DNA of 62,037 nt, filler included, from Kipferlia bialata (lineage: Eukaryota): assembly GCA_003568945.1 (NCBI GenBank). It is 5 parts of 5 records of this genome, joined end to end, with 100 filler letters (N's around TTAATTAATTAA, not from the genome) between each part and the next. Parts side by side here need not be neighbours in the genome. Positions count along the whole stretch, not along the records: positions 16,951 to 33,797 come from BDIP01000569.1; positions 33,898 to 50,743 come from BDIP01000570.1; 3 more parts are not named here. One strand, 5' to 3'. The stretch's first letter is position 1, and every line of letters starts with the position of its first letter. Positions 25,718 through 40,730 of this stretch are shown here, piece by piece. The notes beneath the pieces were generated by a model, which worked only from the letters and a program-made list of their open reading frames with translations, did not search any database and was not told the origin of the DNA. The position numbers were made by a program, and so were the translations under genes.

Positions 25718-27935
25718 CTATATATACAGTGTCCTGTGAACGCTCTGTCGCACCATTGCCTCCCAAGTCCCATCATCCTGCCCGGCTTCTCCACCACACT
25801 CTATGTCTCTCCAGTCCAGCCCTGGGTCTAGTACGAGGATAGTGGCCTCCGTCTTGCCCTGACTGACCTGGGGTAACCGTGGAATAGGCAGAGCACAGTC
25901 CCAACGGTATTGAAATGGATTATGGGGACTATACAAGACACATTGAGAATCGTCTCTTGGTAAAACTTTGCTACTACTGTAGCAGACTATTGATGTATTG
26001 TTACTATGATATGTAATGTGTGCGTACTCTGTCCAAAAAAAGATTAGATTTGGCTTGACAATGTAGGTCGAAACACCTCTCCCCCCAGTGATGCTACAAC
26101 TGCTTCAGTTCAATATTACCCGTCTGAAGTGTAGGAAGGCGGCGTCTGTTGCCATGGGACCCTCCCTCCACTTCCTATAGTCCTGTAGTGGCACCACCAG
26201 TCTGGTATAGGCAATGTTGGGGTACTTCACCTTCACCCACTCCTGAGTATCAGTAACAGTATTGGAAACAGTATACACATTAGTAATACTATTAACAATT
26301 ATTGAAACAGTGTGTGTATCAGTATAAGTACCAACATGGCAGATCTACAGGTAGAGGTAACCTTCCATACAGGATGTTTCTATGTGGGATCTGTGGGGTC
26401 TAAGCAAGTATCTGGGATGGACAGTATCATAAATGACATTACCTATCCACACTTCGGAATCTACCGGTCTCCTCTACACATATATACTATATACTATATA
26501 CTATATAGAGACATATCCCTGAAGAATACTATGATAATGTAAAAGTAGGGAATACTTCCACTCTATACCTCAGTGAGGGTGTTGCACGCTGTGATGCATC
26601 TGTCGTTTGCATATCCTCTCGCAAGCAGCAGAAAGAGTGGGGCCTTCGGGTGTACCTATAGTTATGATCAGTGATCACATAGATATGTGTACCGGATGGA
26701 GACGGAAATACGTCACACACACCATGCTTAGTGTCTTACCCTGCATATATGACGAGTATGTTATATAACTACTCATAAGACCACATGTATTTTGGAGTGT
26801 GACGCACCACTTTTACTCGATCCAACATAAGACCCCAGGTGGAATAGTTGTCAGGGACAGAACCCTCGAGCCTTAGCCCGGTGCCCAGGCCTGCGGTGGG
26901 TCAGACTCATAAGGTATAAGAGTCTCATGAGTTGATTATTATGTAATCAGCAGGACTAGCCAGCCCCATAGGGTGTAATACACCATGAAGACGCAAGAGG
27001 CATTGCTCGTATGGACAGATGACTATTGAGTAGAGAGCCAGACCCTTGCATCATAGTATTTCATCACAACAAGCACTTTGCTCAATCTCCCCTCTACCTG
27101 TTGACACGTGGCACTTGCCGTGTCGAGTGTCCTGCAAGAAGTGGCACCTATTATCAATCACCCCTGGCATCAGAGACACATATACATATACGCAATGATC
27201 TTGTGTATACTCACTGTACATGAGTGCGTTGTATTCACCTAGGAACAGGCACTGTGAGGGGCTCACCCACTTGGTGTTGGCCAGAGGGTAGGGCTGGTTG
27301 TTGGGAGGCCCCTTTCTCCAGGTGTCAGAAGAGGGATCGTAGATGACGGTGGTCCCTGGGGGTGAGGTATATGGTGTCACTTGCATTGATACCTAAAGTC
27401 AATGACACTAGAAGGTGTCTCTGTATAGTATCTTGAGAATATGTGCCTACAACCACCCTGCCCCCCCCTGCCATACCTACATGTGCCCCCCCCTGTGTCA
27501 TGCCACCCACAACAAGCATCATGCCCTGGGTTAGGGGTACATGTGCATGTAGTATATACATGCACAGTTAATACACTTCTATCGTTACTTCTACCCATCA
27601 CAAAAGAGTCCATTCCAGGGAGCGGGGGTAGTGGTCAGGAATAAAGAAAACAAAGTGCACCTATTTAGACCACGAAAACATCTCCTCATCACGCAAGTGA
27701 CCTGCTGGCCGCTAACCCAACCCACAAAGAGTAGTAGATAATACCTGGATGCAGCACGCATAGTGTTCACATCTGCCCTGTGATGGTATTCCCATATCCA
27801 CGTCTCTGTCTCTCTGTTGCCAGGAGGGGAGGTGGTCATAACACCTGTGGGTCAGGGGCATGTATGCATTTGTATACATGCATACTTACATAGTGCTTGA
27901 TGTGTGTATGTATATATAGCTATTGTCAAGACGTG

Positions 27936-27967
<32 letters not shown>

Positions 27968-29244
27968 CCCGGAGGCAGCGTTGTTTAGGTTGAGCATCAA
28001 ACTACACCACACTACCGCAGGAAGAGGATTGATACTGAATAGACTGTAATGGATGGTCAAGAGTCACTCACCACGGCTCATCCGGATACTCTCTGGTGGT
28101 CCATTGTCTGGTGTCTATTGCATAGGCATGCATGGTGTTGGAGACCTGAGGGGGGAGGAGACATATAGTCATAAGGACAGTTATGGAAGGATAATATACC
28201 TATACATACCTGGCCCCCTTTCGATATGGTAATAGATATAGACTATAATATAGTGAGGCACCGACCAACATGTTAGCATAGCTCACGCACCTTTCCCTCG
28301 CAAGTACCCCCCCACACTACGACCTCTCCACAGACCCGGGTGACACTGAAGTTCTGGGGTAATGATAGTGTACTGATAGTGTAATGATAGGGTGGAGTGT
28401 CAATGTCAAGACGTACCACAGTATAGAGTGAACGCTTTGGCTCTATATATGTTTGTGTGGACTGGGTATATAGAGAACCAATCACTCCGCACCATAGAGC
28501 AATATGCTGAGATATTGTGATGACAAATATATCTATACTCGACCCCAAGAGTGTGGCGCATACCTTCAGCGTGCTGGGCATTGGTATGGCCATCTGGGTG
28601 GCATGGAAGTGCCCGATACGGGTGTTGGGTTCAATTAGGAAGGCAGACAGCACCACCTGCGGAGATGGCACTGACATGAGAGGGTGTGTTCAGAGTGTAG
28701 TAACGACACTCTGCATCCAGACAATGCACACATATACACTACATACATATTCTATACCTGGACGCCCGGGGTGTTGGTGCTTTGTATATGCAGCGTTTAT
28801 GGTGCATATCATCAGCACACACCCTGTGATCAGTAGGGAGGGAGTATGTAGTAGAGGGATGTGGTTGACGTTGACAGTTGACGTATACTCTATTCAATAT
28901 AGTATATTGAATTGATATACATATGCTAACTATATAGAGGAGTGAGGACTGGCCGATCATACAGACTTTCCATATGATTAATATTGAGTGACACTGGATA
29001 GGAGGGAGTCAGAGAGGGTTGAGGCGTGTGTGAGGAGGAGAGAGAGAATATGGAAGTCACACAGCACACATGTAAATTCCAAAATGGATACATACATAAT
29101 GGATACATATCAGCTCCCTACACATGGATATATACCTGCCTCCGTGGGTATGGCCTCTATCAACTGCCACAGACAGACTTCCTCTGGCCACTCAATTGTG
29201 CATTTGTAGAGACCGAAAGGAGTGGCCATATCCCTAGTGGAAAA

Positions 29245-29287
<43 letters not shown>

Positions 29288-29436
29288 ACGATATTTGGAG
29301 GCATTGCCATACAGTAAGATATTACCTTACTAATTGCGGAGTAAGATGGATGAATATGGGTATATATGGGTATATATCCACCATGGATCATCCATGTTCC
29401 AGACGGGTGATACAGAGTAATGGTTGAACAAAACAT
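25718..29436 (-). CDS. Multi-exon Kelch-like protein (one or two genes)
   Basis: Exonic fragments SVTRVCGEVVVWGG, ETWIWEY, GMMLVVGG, VIYDPSSDTWRKGP and terminal YSPHNPFQYRW...LYI*. Confidence 0.55.
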
Positions 29437-29833
29437 CCAAATGATTAGGAGTGGATTACATAACTCTCACATTGAGGCAGTGTGGAGCATTACCTGTCAC
29501 CTCTCCAGTCAGTCCAGTACACGCAACGGGGATTGAGAAAGGTACTCCAGCAGCTGAGATTATTAACTCCAGTGTATGACAGTTTGGTGTGTGCTAACTA
29601 AAGGGTTGAGTAAACAGTCATACTGTGTACACTCACTGTGTCACACACATAAATACTTATGTCAGCCCATTTCTATTCTGGCCAAAAGCTGCCAGACACA
29701 TAATGGGAGCACTGAGGGACACGCAAACCTCGGACAGATCGAACATTCGACTTGTGCCACTACACTTCCCATCACTGGTACTGATACTGATACTGATTGT
29801 TACTACACGATGCACAAGATAAGCTGGAATCCT

Positions 29834-31791
29834 CTACCCCTCTGTCATCTGTGCTTGGAACCACAGCTCTCTCTCCCCCCACACCCTAGGCACGCCCTGG
29901 CCACATACAGCCCATCGGAACCCAAGGTCATGGCTGGGGTGGGACAGGAGGACCATATTGGCAACAAGAGTATCAATCAAGAAATGTATTTACAGCGACC
30001 GGTGTTACCTTGCGTGTGGCCACATTAAGGTATCTAGGTGTACCAGGTAGAGGCCACAGTCCAGCTGGACTGGTGAGACAGGGGTATGGATAGGACAACA
30101 AGAGCCGCATTAGTCCCTACTAATACCCCTGTACCTTCAGCAGCAGGGTCCCCTCTGAGATGGTTGTGTACATGGCAGAGCAGTCATGCTCAGAGTCAAG
30201 ACAGGCCAACAGCTGGGTGGAGCCTGGTGTCACTACATGGTATGCTCGTATTGACTGAGCACACAGCACTCCTAGGAGGAAAGAGACCATTATGTTCATG
30301 TCCACCTGATATTGTGTCATATGCCTCAATGGTATCCACCCCATACCCCTCTGGACCATCATAGTTGGAGGACACCCTGGGGTGAACGGGACACAGGTAT
30401 ACTCTTTGTAGTACTCACCACTGGTGAGTCACCAGGTGTAACTGAGCTGACAGTTATGATTATAGTTCTCACTCAGTAGTAAGCTCACGCATTAATCGTA
30501 AAGATCCCACCTGATTATGTACCGCTCCACCCCCACTGGTCCATAGTCCCAGTGTCTCGGTATGTCTTGGGACCCCTCCTTCCACTTGTGGTGATTAGTG
30601 GCACCACCCACACACATCAGTCTACCAGTCCCTGCTACAGGGGTACAGTCTCTGTCTCGCTCCGGCCCTTGCCACACGGGACCCCCCACTGTGTCTCTGT
30701 AGCCATCCAGAGGAGTCATCACCCCCATAGCTAGAGGTGAGGGTGACCCCTATCATTGCATATACATTGTGCAGTGTGTACTTACCTATTCGGATACCCC
30801 CAGTAACACTTGTTGCCCACTTAACTGTCATCAGTGATAGTATGGGTATCCGTATAGCTTGTGCGGTTGTGAAGACTGGTAGGCAGACTCAAAAGAAACG
30901 ACTTGAGAGAGAGAGTACCTGGTTCCCTGTTCCCCAAGGGTAACAACATCCACAGATTAGACTCAGGGTCATATGACCAGCTGAGAGTGAGGGACTGTAC
31001 TACTATCATAGCAGAAGTGGAAACACGAAGGATAGAACCAATTGTCCCATTGTCAGAGTATTTATATATTCATACTTATGTATGTATACATATATGTATG
31101 TATACCTGTCAGACACCGGCTCTTCATCGAATGAGGATCGACCCGACACCCCACCCGACACTACCAGACATCCATCTGGGGGAAGAGAGAGGGGAGACTA
31201 TGCTATGGTGGACGACTACAATAGTATTGATTAAATACCAGAACTAAAAGAGCATAAACACATCTGCCTATACACTACAGATATTAGGCTGCACACGGGA
31301 TGATAAGAGCTGTCATCTTTGATGGGATTGACACAGTTGCCTACCCCCCACCTGCCTCATACGCCACGTGTCGTGTTCTTCCACAGGGGCACAGGGTGGG
31401 GGACCCACCACACTCAGCCCCATCTTTGTCTGTCTCAGGCTGGAGGGTGTGCTATGGTGGGGGTGGTGGCAGAGGTCGATGCCGAGTATTGACTATCATA
31501 GAAGAAGTACAGAGTGAGAGAGAGGGTGGAAAGTAGTACAACAGTATCTCGGGTGGATGTCTCCAAGTATCAGGCAGTAAATATATATACCAATGGCTAT
31601 GGTATATGGATAGACAGTGCCCCCATACCCATGTGAGTGTGTCCAACTGGAGCCATGAGAGAGTGGGAAGACACTCCTTATAGCTGGGGCGTCCACCAAA
31701 CACATACACCCGGCCACACATAGGAGTGACTGAGTACCCGTAGATACTGTTACCTTGGGGCATCGGAGGGATGACCTAGAGTGACTGGGAG

Positions 31792-31831
<40 letters not shown>

Positions 31832-32388
31832 GGAGAAGCCATACGCATGGGATATAGAGACTCGAGAAAGTGTTTGGGATAGAAGTATATTCCACACCTC
31901 CTCTGTCAGTGTACAGTTGCTCATCAGTGTCAGGATGGAACAGTGTGCACGGTGGACGGCAAGCACCTGGCTGTCAATACTGTTGCTTCTGCAGGGCATG
32001 CATAGGGAGAGTGACAATACAAGGCATAGAGACGTACCTTGCCACCCCCGATGGAGTGCAGAGCCATGCATCCCCGCCTCCACTGCACACTGCCAAGGGG
32101 GTCTCTCTCAACCCTCTGACTCCGTGGGCGTCTCCCCCCCCGCCTTCTACTGCGTGTGTTACGTGACACTGACCCAGCACTGACATTGGTCAGAGACACA
32201 CATCCAAAGACACTCTTTGACGGATGAGACCCTCCATCCCTGACCTCCTGGGTGCGGCTCGTACTCCTTGCCATTAACTGTTCGGTTTGAGGCCGAAGCT
32301 GCAAGCGCAGAGAGCCATTGAAGAGACAGTGGCCATGACCAGAACAAACGTCAAACGGTCGGATATCGGTGTAGACTCGCTCTTCCAT
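29834..32388 (-). CDS. Multi-exon Kelch-repeat protein
   Basis: Fragments YGYSVTPMCGRVYVFGG, WLQLDTLTW, WSYDPESNLW, GRLMCVGG and terminal PHPSHDLGFRWAVC...EG*. Confidence 0.65.
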
Positions 32389-32481
32389 TGCATAATGTCC
32401 TGTGTTATCATACCATCTCATATGCCATGACACGCTATTCTCAAGAGTTAAAATCATCTTCAGGTTCACCAACCCCTCTAT

Positions 32482-33720
32482 TTATATTGTAGCCACGACT
32501 GTCTCTGCGTCTGCCCTCGGGCTCCAGTCAGCCTGGGCAGCCACTGCACACAGGTTGCGGAGGGCCTCCACCCTCTCTCTCTCCCCCTCCAGCAGAGGGT
32601 GGGACAGGAGGGCAGGGGGCACCAGGCCACAGGGCGTGGAGTCACATACCCTGTCCAGTGTGGACAGGAGTGTGAGGCCCTTGACCCCTGCCTCACAGGC
32701 CTCTCTCCGGAGGGTGTGTCCCTTGTAGGTGGGGGTGTGGGGGGCAGACAGGGCCCACTGACACAGGGGGGAGTCCGACCCCTCGATCAGAGAGCAGAAC
32801 AGGGGCAGGGCATAGAGACGGCCAACCAGCCTGGCCCCGCTCTCATACTGCACAAGCTGAGGGTTAGACAGGAGAGGCATCAGGAACTATAGTAGGCACA
32901 GAGTCACACTATGTACCTTGGTGTAAGCCTTGGCTACATCTGCCTTGGTTAGTGACCCCTGCTTGAGGCCGCTGAACCTGCATGCTGCGTAGTGACACAC
33001 CTCCATGTGGCCTAGGGACCGGGGGGCAACGTCACCCAGCACCTGAGGGTGAGGGATAGAATACATATGGATGTAGTAATAGAGGCACCCCCCCACCTGC
33101 AGCAGGCCGTCCCTCTCCTCCTCCGAGAGGGGGCATGCCGGTACTATGCCCTGGGCCCAGTGGGTACGGAGGGTGTCTATCTCTGCCTCTGCCATACCAC
33201 TGTGCCTCAGGGCCTCTCTCCCCCTGTCACCCAGTACCAGGGGGGCACCCAGCAGGGATAGGGCCACTGCAGGCCCCCCCGTGTACCCAAGGCCCTCCCC
33301 CTCGTGCAGGTGGGGTAGACAGGCTGTGAGGGTCAGCACCACATGCAGAGGGAGGGGGTCGGTGGCATTGGTCTTTGCAGAGAACAGACTCGGTCTGGAG
33401 GCTAGGGTCCTGGCCACAATCTCCAGACAGGCAGAGTGGGAGAGGGGGGGTGCCTCCTCTGCGTCCATCTGCAGCATGGCCTGGCACCCAGTCAGCACCG
33501 TGCACATGTCTCTGTCAGACAGGGTGCGGGGGGTGGAGATTAGGGTGCCTGGAGTGGGTGCTACGAGACGGGAGACTGACTAATAGAGAGAGACTGAGCG
33601 CACATCAAACACTCACCTACCACCTGCAGAGCAGTTGCAGCTGCCAGTATATCGTCTGGGGCAGTGTATACAGCTCTATCCCCCTGCATACTCAGTCCAC
33701 TGGCATGGAGGGCAACAAGG
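32482..33720 (-). CDS. Hypothetical protein, 3' exons (5' truncated at linker)
   Basis: ORFs 32887-33507 and 32482-32880 join through GT-AG introns (...RDGLLQ|VLGDVAP...AYTK|LVQYESG...VVATI*). Confidence 0.6.
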
Positions 33721-33797
33721 AGAAGCGGAACCCTTGGGGTGGGTGTATTGGGCAAGGGGGGGGGGGGGGGGGGTTTTATGGTGGGGGAGAGAAGAAG

Positions 33798-33897
33798 NNN
33801 NNNNNNNNNNNNNNNNNNNNNNNNNNNNNNNNNNNNNNNNNTTAATTAATTAANNNNNNNNNNNNNNNNNNNNNNNNNNNNNNNNNNNNNNNNNNNN
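33798..33897. other. Artificial 100-bp contig linker
   Basis: N44-TTAATTAATTAA-N44. Confidence 0.97.
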
Positions 33898-33950
<53 letters not shown>

Positions 33951-33984
33951 GTTTGATTGTATATCTAGTCATTCCTTACCCCAG

Positions 33985-36226
33985 CGAGATCCTTGGCACC
34001 CTGGTGTCACTCCTTGGAGACATCCCATCAGAGGCTAGGTATGCACTCTTTACATATATATGTACAATATTTCATGTATGGTTCACATCTCTTCTCTCTC
34101 TCTCCCCCCTCTCCTCACCCCCTAGACCCGGTTCCCCTGGCTCTGCCGGAGGGGCAGGCAAGCACGTCGTGGACCTTCTAGGTATAGTTTGAGTGTCCCT
34201 TTCTCTCTCTATCTGAGCTGCTTCTCTTCTATGTGTTTACTGTCCTATTGCTTACCCCAGGCATTGTCATGACCACCTTTGTCCCCATCCTGAGGCACCT
34301 GGACCCAAGCGTCGCAGGTACACCACTATTTTAATACATGTGTACATGAGTTGCATTACACAGGTTTGGGAACAACGCTGGCTCAATACCACACATATGT
34401 GATTAATGACGATCTCATTACTGCTGCTTAATTAGTAACATTGGTTCTTCTTACCCCAGGCAAGACCTCCGATGAGGACCAGGCCAAGAGGTTCCTCAGC
34501 ACACTGCACGCTAGGTACATACATTAACTCTATCTACCCCCTATATCTACAGGATAATGTCTAGAGCCTTACACCACCGCACTGCGTCCAACCACTCTCT
34601 CTCTCTCTCTCCCTCTCTCCCTCCTTACCCCCAGCCACACTGTGTCCAACCTCACCCCCTACCTTGTGACGCTGTCTGGAGAGATACTCGAGCAGATCAA
34701 CATGGTATGGATGTGCATGTATATTGGTAGACCCAATAGCATAAGGGTATCTCTCTTGTTAGTCTAACTCTTAAGGTGCTGTCAGTGGCACTGTCGACAC
34801 CGAATCTTCTATCCCATTTATCTTTTGAATCCTCTTCATCCTTGTACCTAACCTTTATCCCAGGGTGCTGTGCGTTTGTATCAATAGTGTATGTTCTAAA
34901 TGCACCTAATCTCACCCTTAGGGTGCTGTGAGTGGCACTGTCGACACTGAGTCCACCCCCGTGGTTGAGACCTTTGACTCTGTGGAGCACATCGAGGACA
35001 TGGTCACACAGCCAGTCTTTACACTCAGTTCCATGCTGGCAGGTAAATATATATAGATGTTCAGATACAAATGTTACTAATCATGTTTCTCTCCTTCTCT
35101 CTCTCCACTAACCCACCAGGTCTTGTCCTTGACTCTAGGGGCTCAGTCGAGCTGTCCAACACAGCCAGCGAGACTGCACCCTCTCTAGGTACATGGTCTA
35201 TTCTCACACGTCTCTCTCTATCTCTCTCTACCCCTCTTCCTATTATATATTGACGCTTAGGATTCTCTATATATATATATATATACCTTATCCTCTAACA
35301 CCTAGGATTACTCTTTAACCTTGCCACCGTTGCCCTGCTAGCCCAGTCCAGCAGACTGGACAGAACAGAGAGAGAGGAGAGGGAGGGAAAGGAGAGTGAG
35401 GGAGAGATTGCAGCCACCGAGGGAGAGACAGAGGCTGAGACTGTCACAGATGACGCTGAGAACATGATCCTGTCCACAGTGGTCTGTTTGGCGAGGTGTG
35501 TATATTCACATGGTGTTATGTTAATTAGTATATATACATATGCTTATAGGTATATGCATGTATGATCCTGTCCACAGTGGTCTGTCTGGCAAGGTGTGTG
35601 TGTGCATTCATATATGTAGTTGCACGTGAACGCAACAATATGTGTTCTATCAGTACATAGCCTGTCTCACCCTTGAGTTGTGATCATGTATGTATATATG
35701 TGATCATGTATGTATATATATTGATCATATATACATATACACATATATATAGCAGATCATATATATATGATCTGGATGTATACCCTCACCCTAGAGTTGT
35801 GATCAGGCTCGGCCTTGTGTCTTCATCCAGAACTGCACTGCTGATCGGGGGGGAGAGCCCTCTTACCAAGGTACAGTCATTGTGTGTACTTCTAACTGGC
35901 TTCATTCAACCATACGACCCATTGTACTCCAGAGTGACCCTACCCTTGTGGTACATACCTAAGTACATACATTTAGAATTACCATGTCAGTATGATCTCT
36001 TCGTGTACTCATACCCCAGATTGACCCTACACTTGTGCTACATAATTGTATATAGCCATTCATGTCGCTTGTTATATGTTACTCTATATACTCATACCCC
36101 AGATTGACCCCTCCCTTGTGCTGCAGTGTGTGCAGAGTGAGAGGCTGACAAGGACTGCGCCCCTGGTGGTATCACTCCAGACAAGGGTATGATACATTGT
36201 GTCTCCATATATATATGTAAATATTA

Positions 36227-36271
<45 letters not shown>

Positions 36272-39200
36272 TTAACAGTGAGAGGTTGACAAGGACTGCA
36301 CCCCTGGTGGTATCACTCCAGACTAGGGTACGTGTATGTACATATGTATTTAGATACACTCCTGTAACATTGTGTTCATTTACAGTATCTTGACCCTTTA
36401 ATGCATATATTCTTACTTTCAGGTCCTTGCCGTTCTGTCCTATGACAAGGCACAGAGGGACAAGTTCGCTAGGTACACTCTTTCCAACTCTTCTCATGTC
36501 TCTCTCTCTGTATCATTCTCGGGGTCTAATTCCAATCCCTCTGTCTCTTTCTCTTTCACTCTCTCTCTTACCCCAGCGACACCACCCTGATGTCCCACTG
36601 CACATCCACCCTTATCAGGCTGTCCAAGACAGTCTTCTCGGTCACAGGGTCACCCACGGATAGGTATATATATTGTGTAACAGTTATATATGGAGGTACT
36701 ATAATAGTATGACAGTTATGTACAGAATTGTATAATTGAGTACTGGTAATAATAGTATAGTAAATATCACTGGTATCTATGCCTACACTATTACGTTCTC
36801 ATGTAGCAAGCCATATTCCTATACCCTCACCCTAGATCCATGGCCAAGGACCTCCTGAGACTGGTTGTGCATGTGCTGCCCAGCCCATACTCGGCACACT
36901 GCGAGTGGTACGTATATGTGTTGATAGTATATTGTAGGATATACATATGTGTGTGTGTCTGTGTTTGTGTTAAAGAACCCTATGTGTGGATAGCTATGTA
37001 CTCTTACGCCTCAGGAAGGCTGGCCCTGCACTTTGTGACCCTTGACATCCTCTCTCTCTCTCTCTTCCTCTCTCTCTCCACCCTTAACACTTAGGAAGGC
37101 CGACCCTGCCCTGCACTTTGTGACCCTTGACATCATCACAAAGGCATCCCTCACAACACCCTGGTCACTCACAATGTGCAAGCTGGGTACGACACCCATA
37201 TGTATATATATCTATATATGTGTATATATATACCTATATATATTGATATGCTGTAGCCTTAAGGGATATACCTTCACTACACCATGGTCACTCACAATGT
37301 GCAAGCTGGGTACGTATTGTGTACTTTACAATGTGATAACTCCCATTTCCATTTTACTCTCTCTCTCTCTACCCCCTTACCCTAGGCCTCAGGGTCCTTG
37401 CCCACATTGTGTCTGCCCTTCTTCCTCTCTCTCCCAATGTATATATAGATATTTTAGATTCTTTATTTTTAATATCTAACTGTAGGTCTTAGAGCCCTTG
37501 CCCACATTGTCTCAGCCCTTGCCACCATGAAGGCATCCTTCACAGAGAACATCACAACCCAACAGGTATGCATGGCACACTGGTATACATCTCCACCCCC
37601 ATCTATCTTTTTACACTACAGATTGCTAATATAAATGTAGGTGTGTGCTGCATGTACTGGTATACTCACCCCCCAGGTTGCCAGGGCCGTTGCCCAGGTC
37701 CTGTACAACTCGGACATGGTGGCCAACAAGGTATAGAGTGTTGTACATTCACTTACACATATAAATACTTATACATACACTGATGCATTATATAGNNNNN
37801 NNNNNNNTTACACATATAAATACTTATACATACACTGATGCATTATATAGAGTACTAGTCCTAGTACATACATGTAGTCCTGTACAACTCGGACATGGTG
37901 GCCAACAAGGTATAGAGTGTTGTACATTTACATATGTATACGTGTACATGATTCTTGTATATAGTATTATACATACACATAGTACTTTGCAACTCGGACA
38001 TGGTGGCAAACAAGGTACATTTAGTGTTTAGCATATGTATACATACATGCATGATACTGTATTACACATTCATATAGTACTTTACAACTCGGACATGGTG
38101 GCCAACAAGGTAATGTGTACATATTATAATCTAATGCACAGTTATCTGAGGTCAGCTGAGCTGGTGTCTTATAGTATGGATGTATTATGTTGATGTGTCT
38201 CACCCTCAGGAGGTTGAGCTTCTCTCTAGGCATACAAACATATACATAATGAGTATTGTGTACATATATTTTGCACTATACTCGTCTATCTGACCCCAGG
38301 AGGTTGAGCTTCTAACAAGAGTGACAAGAGTAGAACATATACATACACCTGTATTACTTACTATTATACATACATATACTGTACAATTCAAACAATTCGT
38401 CTATCTGACCCTCAGGAGGTCGAGCTTCTGTCCAAGGCCGTGGCTGTCATCGGGGCAGTCCCGGCATCATCGGCATCGTGGCCAGGTACATATATGTATA
38501 TGTGTATATTGATAGTTGTATAGATAGAAATATGAATATATATATATATATATATATACTTATATCGGGTCAGTCCCGGCATCATCGGCATCGTGGCCAG
38601 GTATGCATATCTCTCTCTCTCTCTCTCTTTCTATATATATAGATATATATATGTATGTATCTGATTCCAGTAGTGTGCCAGATGTCCCACATCTCCATCA
38701 GACTCTCTCTCTCTATTTCTATATATTATACACATAACTGTATTTTGTATATCAATACCCCTCTCACCATCAGTTGTGTGCCAGGAGTCCCTCATCCCCA
38801 TCCGGCTGTGTCAACTCATCAACATGGGTGCACCGGAGACAGGGGCTGCATTCACATTCACTAAGCAGGTACTGCTAAGAAGCCACAACCTATTATCACC
38901 TCTAATATATACAACACACATTCATTTTTGTATATTGTACATATCCCTCCAACCCCAGGTCAACTCCTCCGAGTCCATGGCCAAGTCCCCAATGTTCGTC
39001 AGTGCGGCCACAAAGGTATGTGATCGTACATACGTATATCTCTATATGTCTCTGTATATTTAGTGTTTGTGTGTGTGTATTCAGTGTATTCTTACTTCCG
39101 GCCCTCCTCCACATGTGTGGCAGTGACTCTCTCTATATATATATACATATATACTGTTCCCTTATCACCAGGCCCTCCTCCACATGTGCGGCAGTGCCCC

Positions 39201-39643
39201 CAATAGGAAGGTCATAGTCGAGAACCAGGTACAGTATGTATAGTGTGTATATCCAGTTATATCGATGAAGTTGTCTCTTATCATTGTCGAGAACTAGGTA
39301 CAGTAATGATTAGTATTTGTGAATGTTGATAAGTTCTTTTCGTGGCCTATTTTTACTTCTTACCTCGCAGGGTCACCTTGCTCTGATGCGCTCTCTCCGT
39401 GCCGCACACAACATGGACACAGGCAGTGACTCCAGCAGTCTAGGACAGGTATGTATCATAAGTCTTTGTACCTGGCTAGTATCTCACCGATGCAATCCAC
39501 TGGTATTCAGGCATGCTGTTGTGTTCGTCTCTATTTTTGGATTATATTGTTTGTTACATCTATCCTCACCTGTCAGGAGTGCCTCAAGATTGTCTCCAAC
39601 TGCTCCAGTGCAATCACCCTCCTGGTACAGGTATGGTCCCTCC

Positions 39644-39674
<31 letters not shown>

Positions 39675-40686
39675 CCAAGGTATATTCACTCCCACTATCT
39701 CACTATCACTTATATCCTCATCTCTCGTTCTGTGGTATGCGTGGTGTTCCTTAGTCCGTTTACTTCTCTTCCTTCCTTACCCTCTAGGACGAGGTGTCCA
39801 GGCCATCCCTGGTCTCAGCCCATGTACTCACACTCATCAGAGACCTCAGCAACGCAGACACAACGTGAGTATATACATATACATATATATAGATATATAT
39901 ATAGATATATATGTATTCATACTGTATATATACCTAAGTACTCACACTCATCAGAGACCTCAGCGACGCAGACACAACGTGAGTGTATACATATATATAG
40001 ATAGATAGATATATATATATATATATATATTTATAGATAGATATACATATATATGTATTCATACTGCATATATACCTAAGTACTCACACTCACCCTCATC
40101 AGTGACGCAGACACAACGTGAGTGATTGTATATGGAGTATATATGATGCCTTAGATTTCTTCTGTCTTCTTCTATTCACTATTCGGAGCTTATACTCCCA
40201 ACCCCCCCAATCTCTCTCTGTCTTTCTCGCTCTCATACCCTCTCACCCCTAGCTCTGAGCTCTCCCGCAACATGGCAGCCTCTGCCCAGTATCTCTCTCT
40301 CTCTCTCTCTATACCCTATATATGTATAGTGCGTATTCTGTCTGACCCCCAGCTCTGAGCTCTCCCGCAACATGGCCTGGCATGTATATATCTCTCTCCC
40401 TCTCTCTCTCTCTCTATATATATATATCCTCCTTCTAACCAGTAGCTCTGAACTGTCTCCCAATAGAGTTTTCTCTCTCTCTCTCACCCCTAGTTCTGAA
40501 CTGTCTCGCAACATGGCCGCCTCCGCCCAGCATGTATGCGGGGGATCCAAGCTGACTCTGTTTGACAGAACTGTAGACGCTCCACTGGTGCCAGTCAGGG
40601 CAGAGGGTGAGGAATCTCAGTCTCTATGTCTTTCTCTCTCTCTCTCTCTCTCTCTGTCATATATAACCCCAGGCATGAGCACCCTG

Positions 40687-40730
<44 letters not shown>

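Noticed and set aside
37753..37850. Exact duplicate flanking the N gap
   Set aside because: Identical copies on both sides of a gap are likely scaffold overlap. Echoes beside the gaps at 14778-14881 and 45516-45709 need the same caution.
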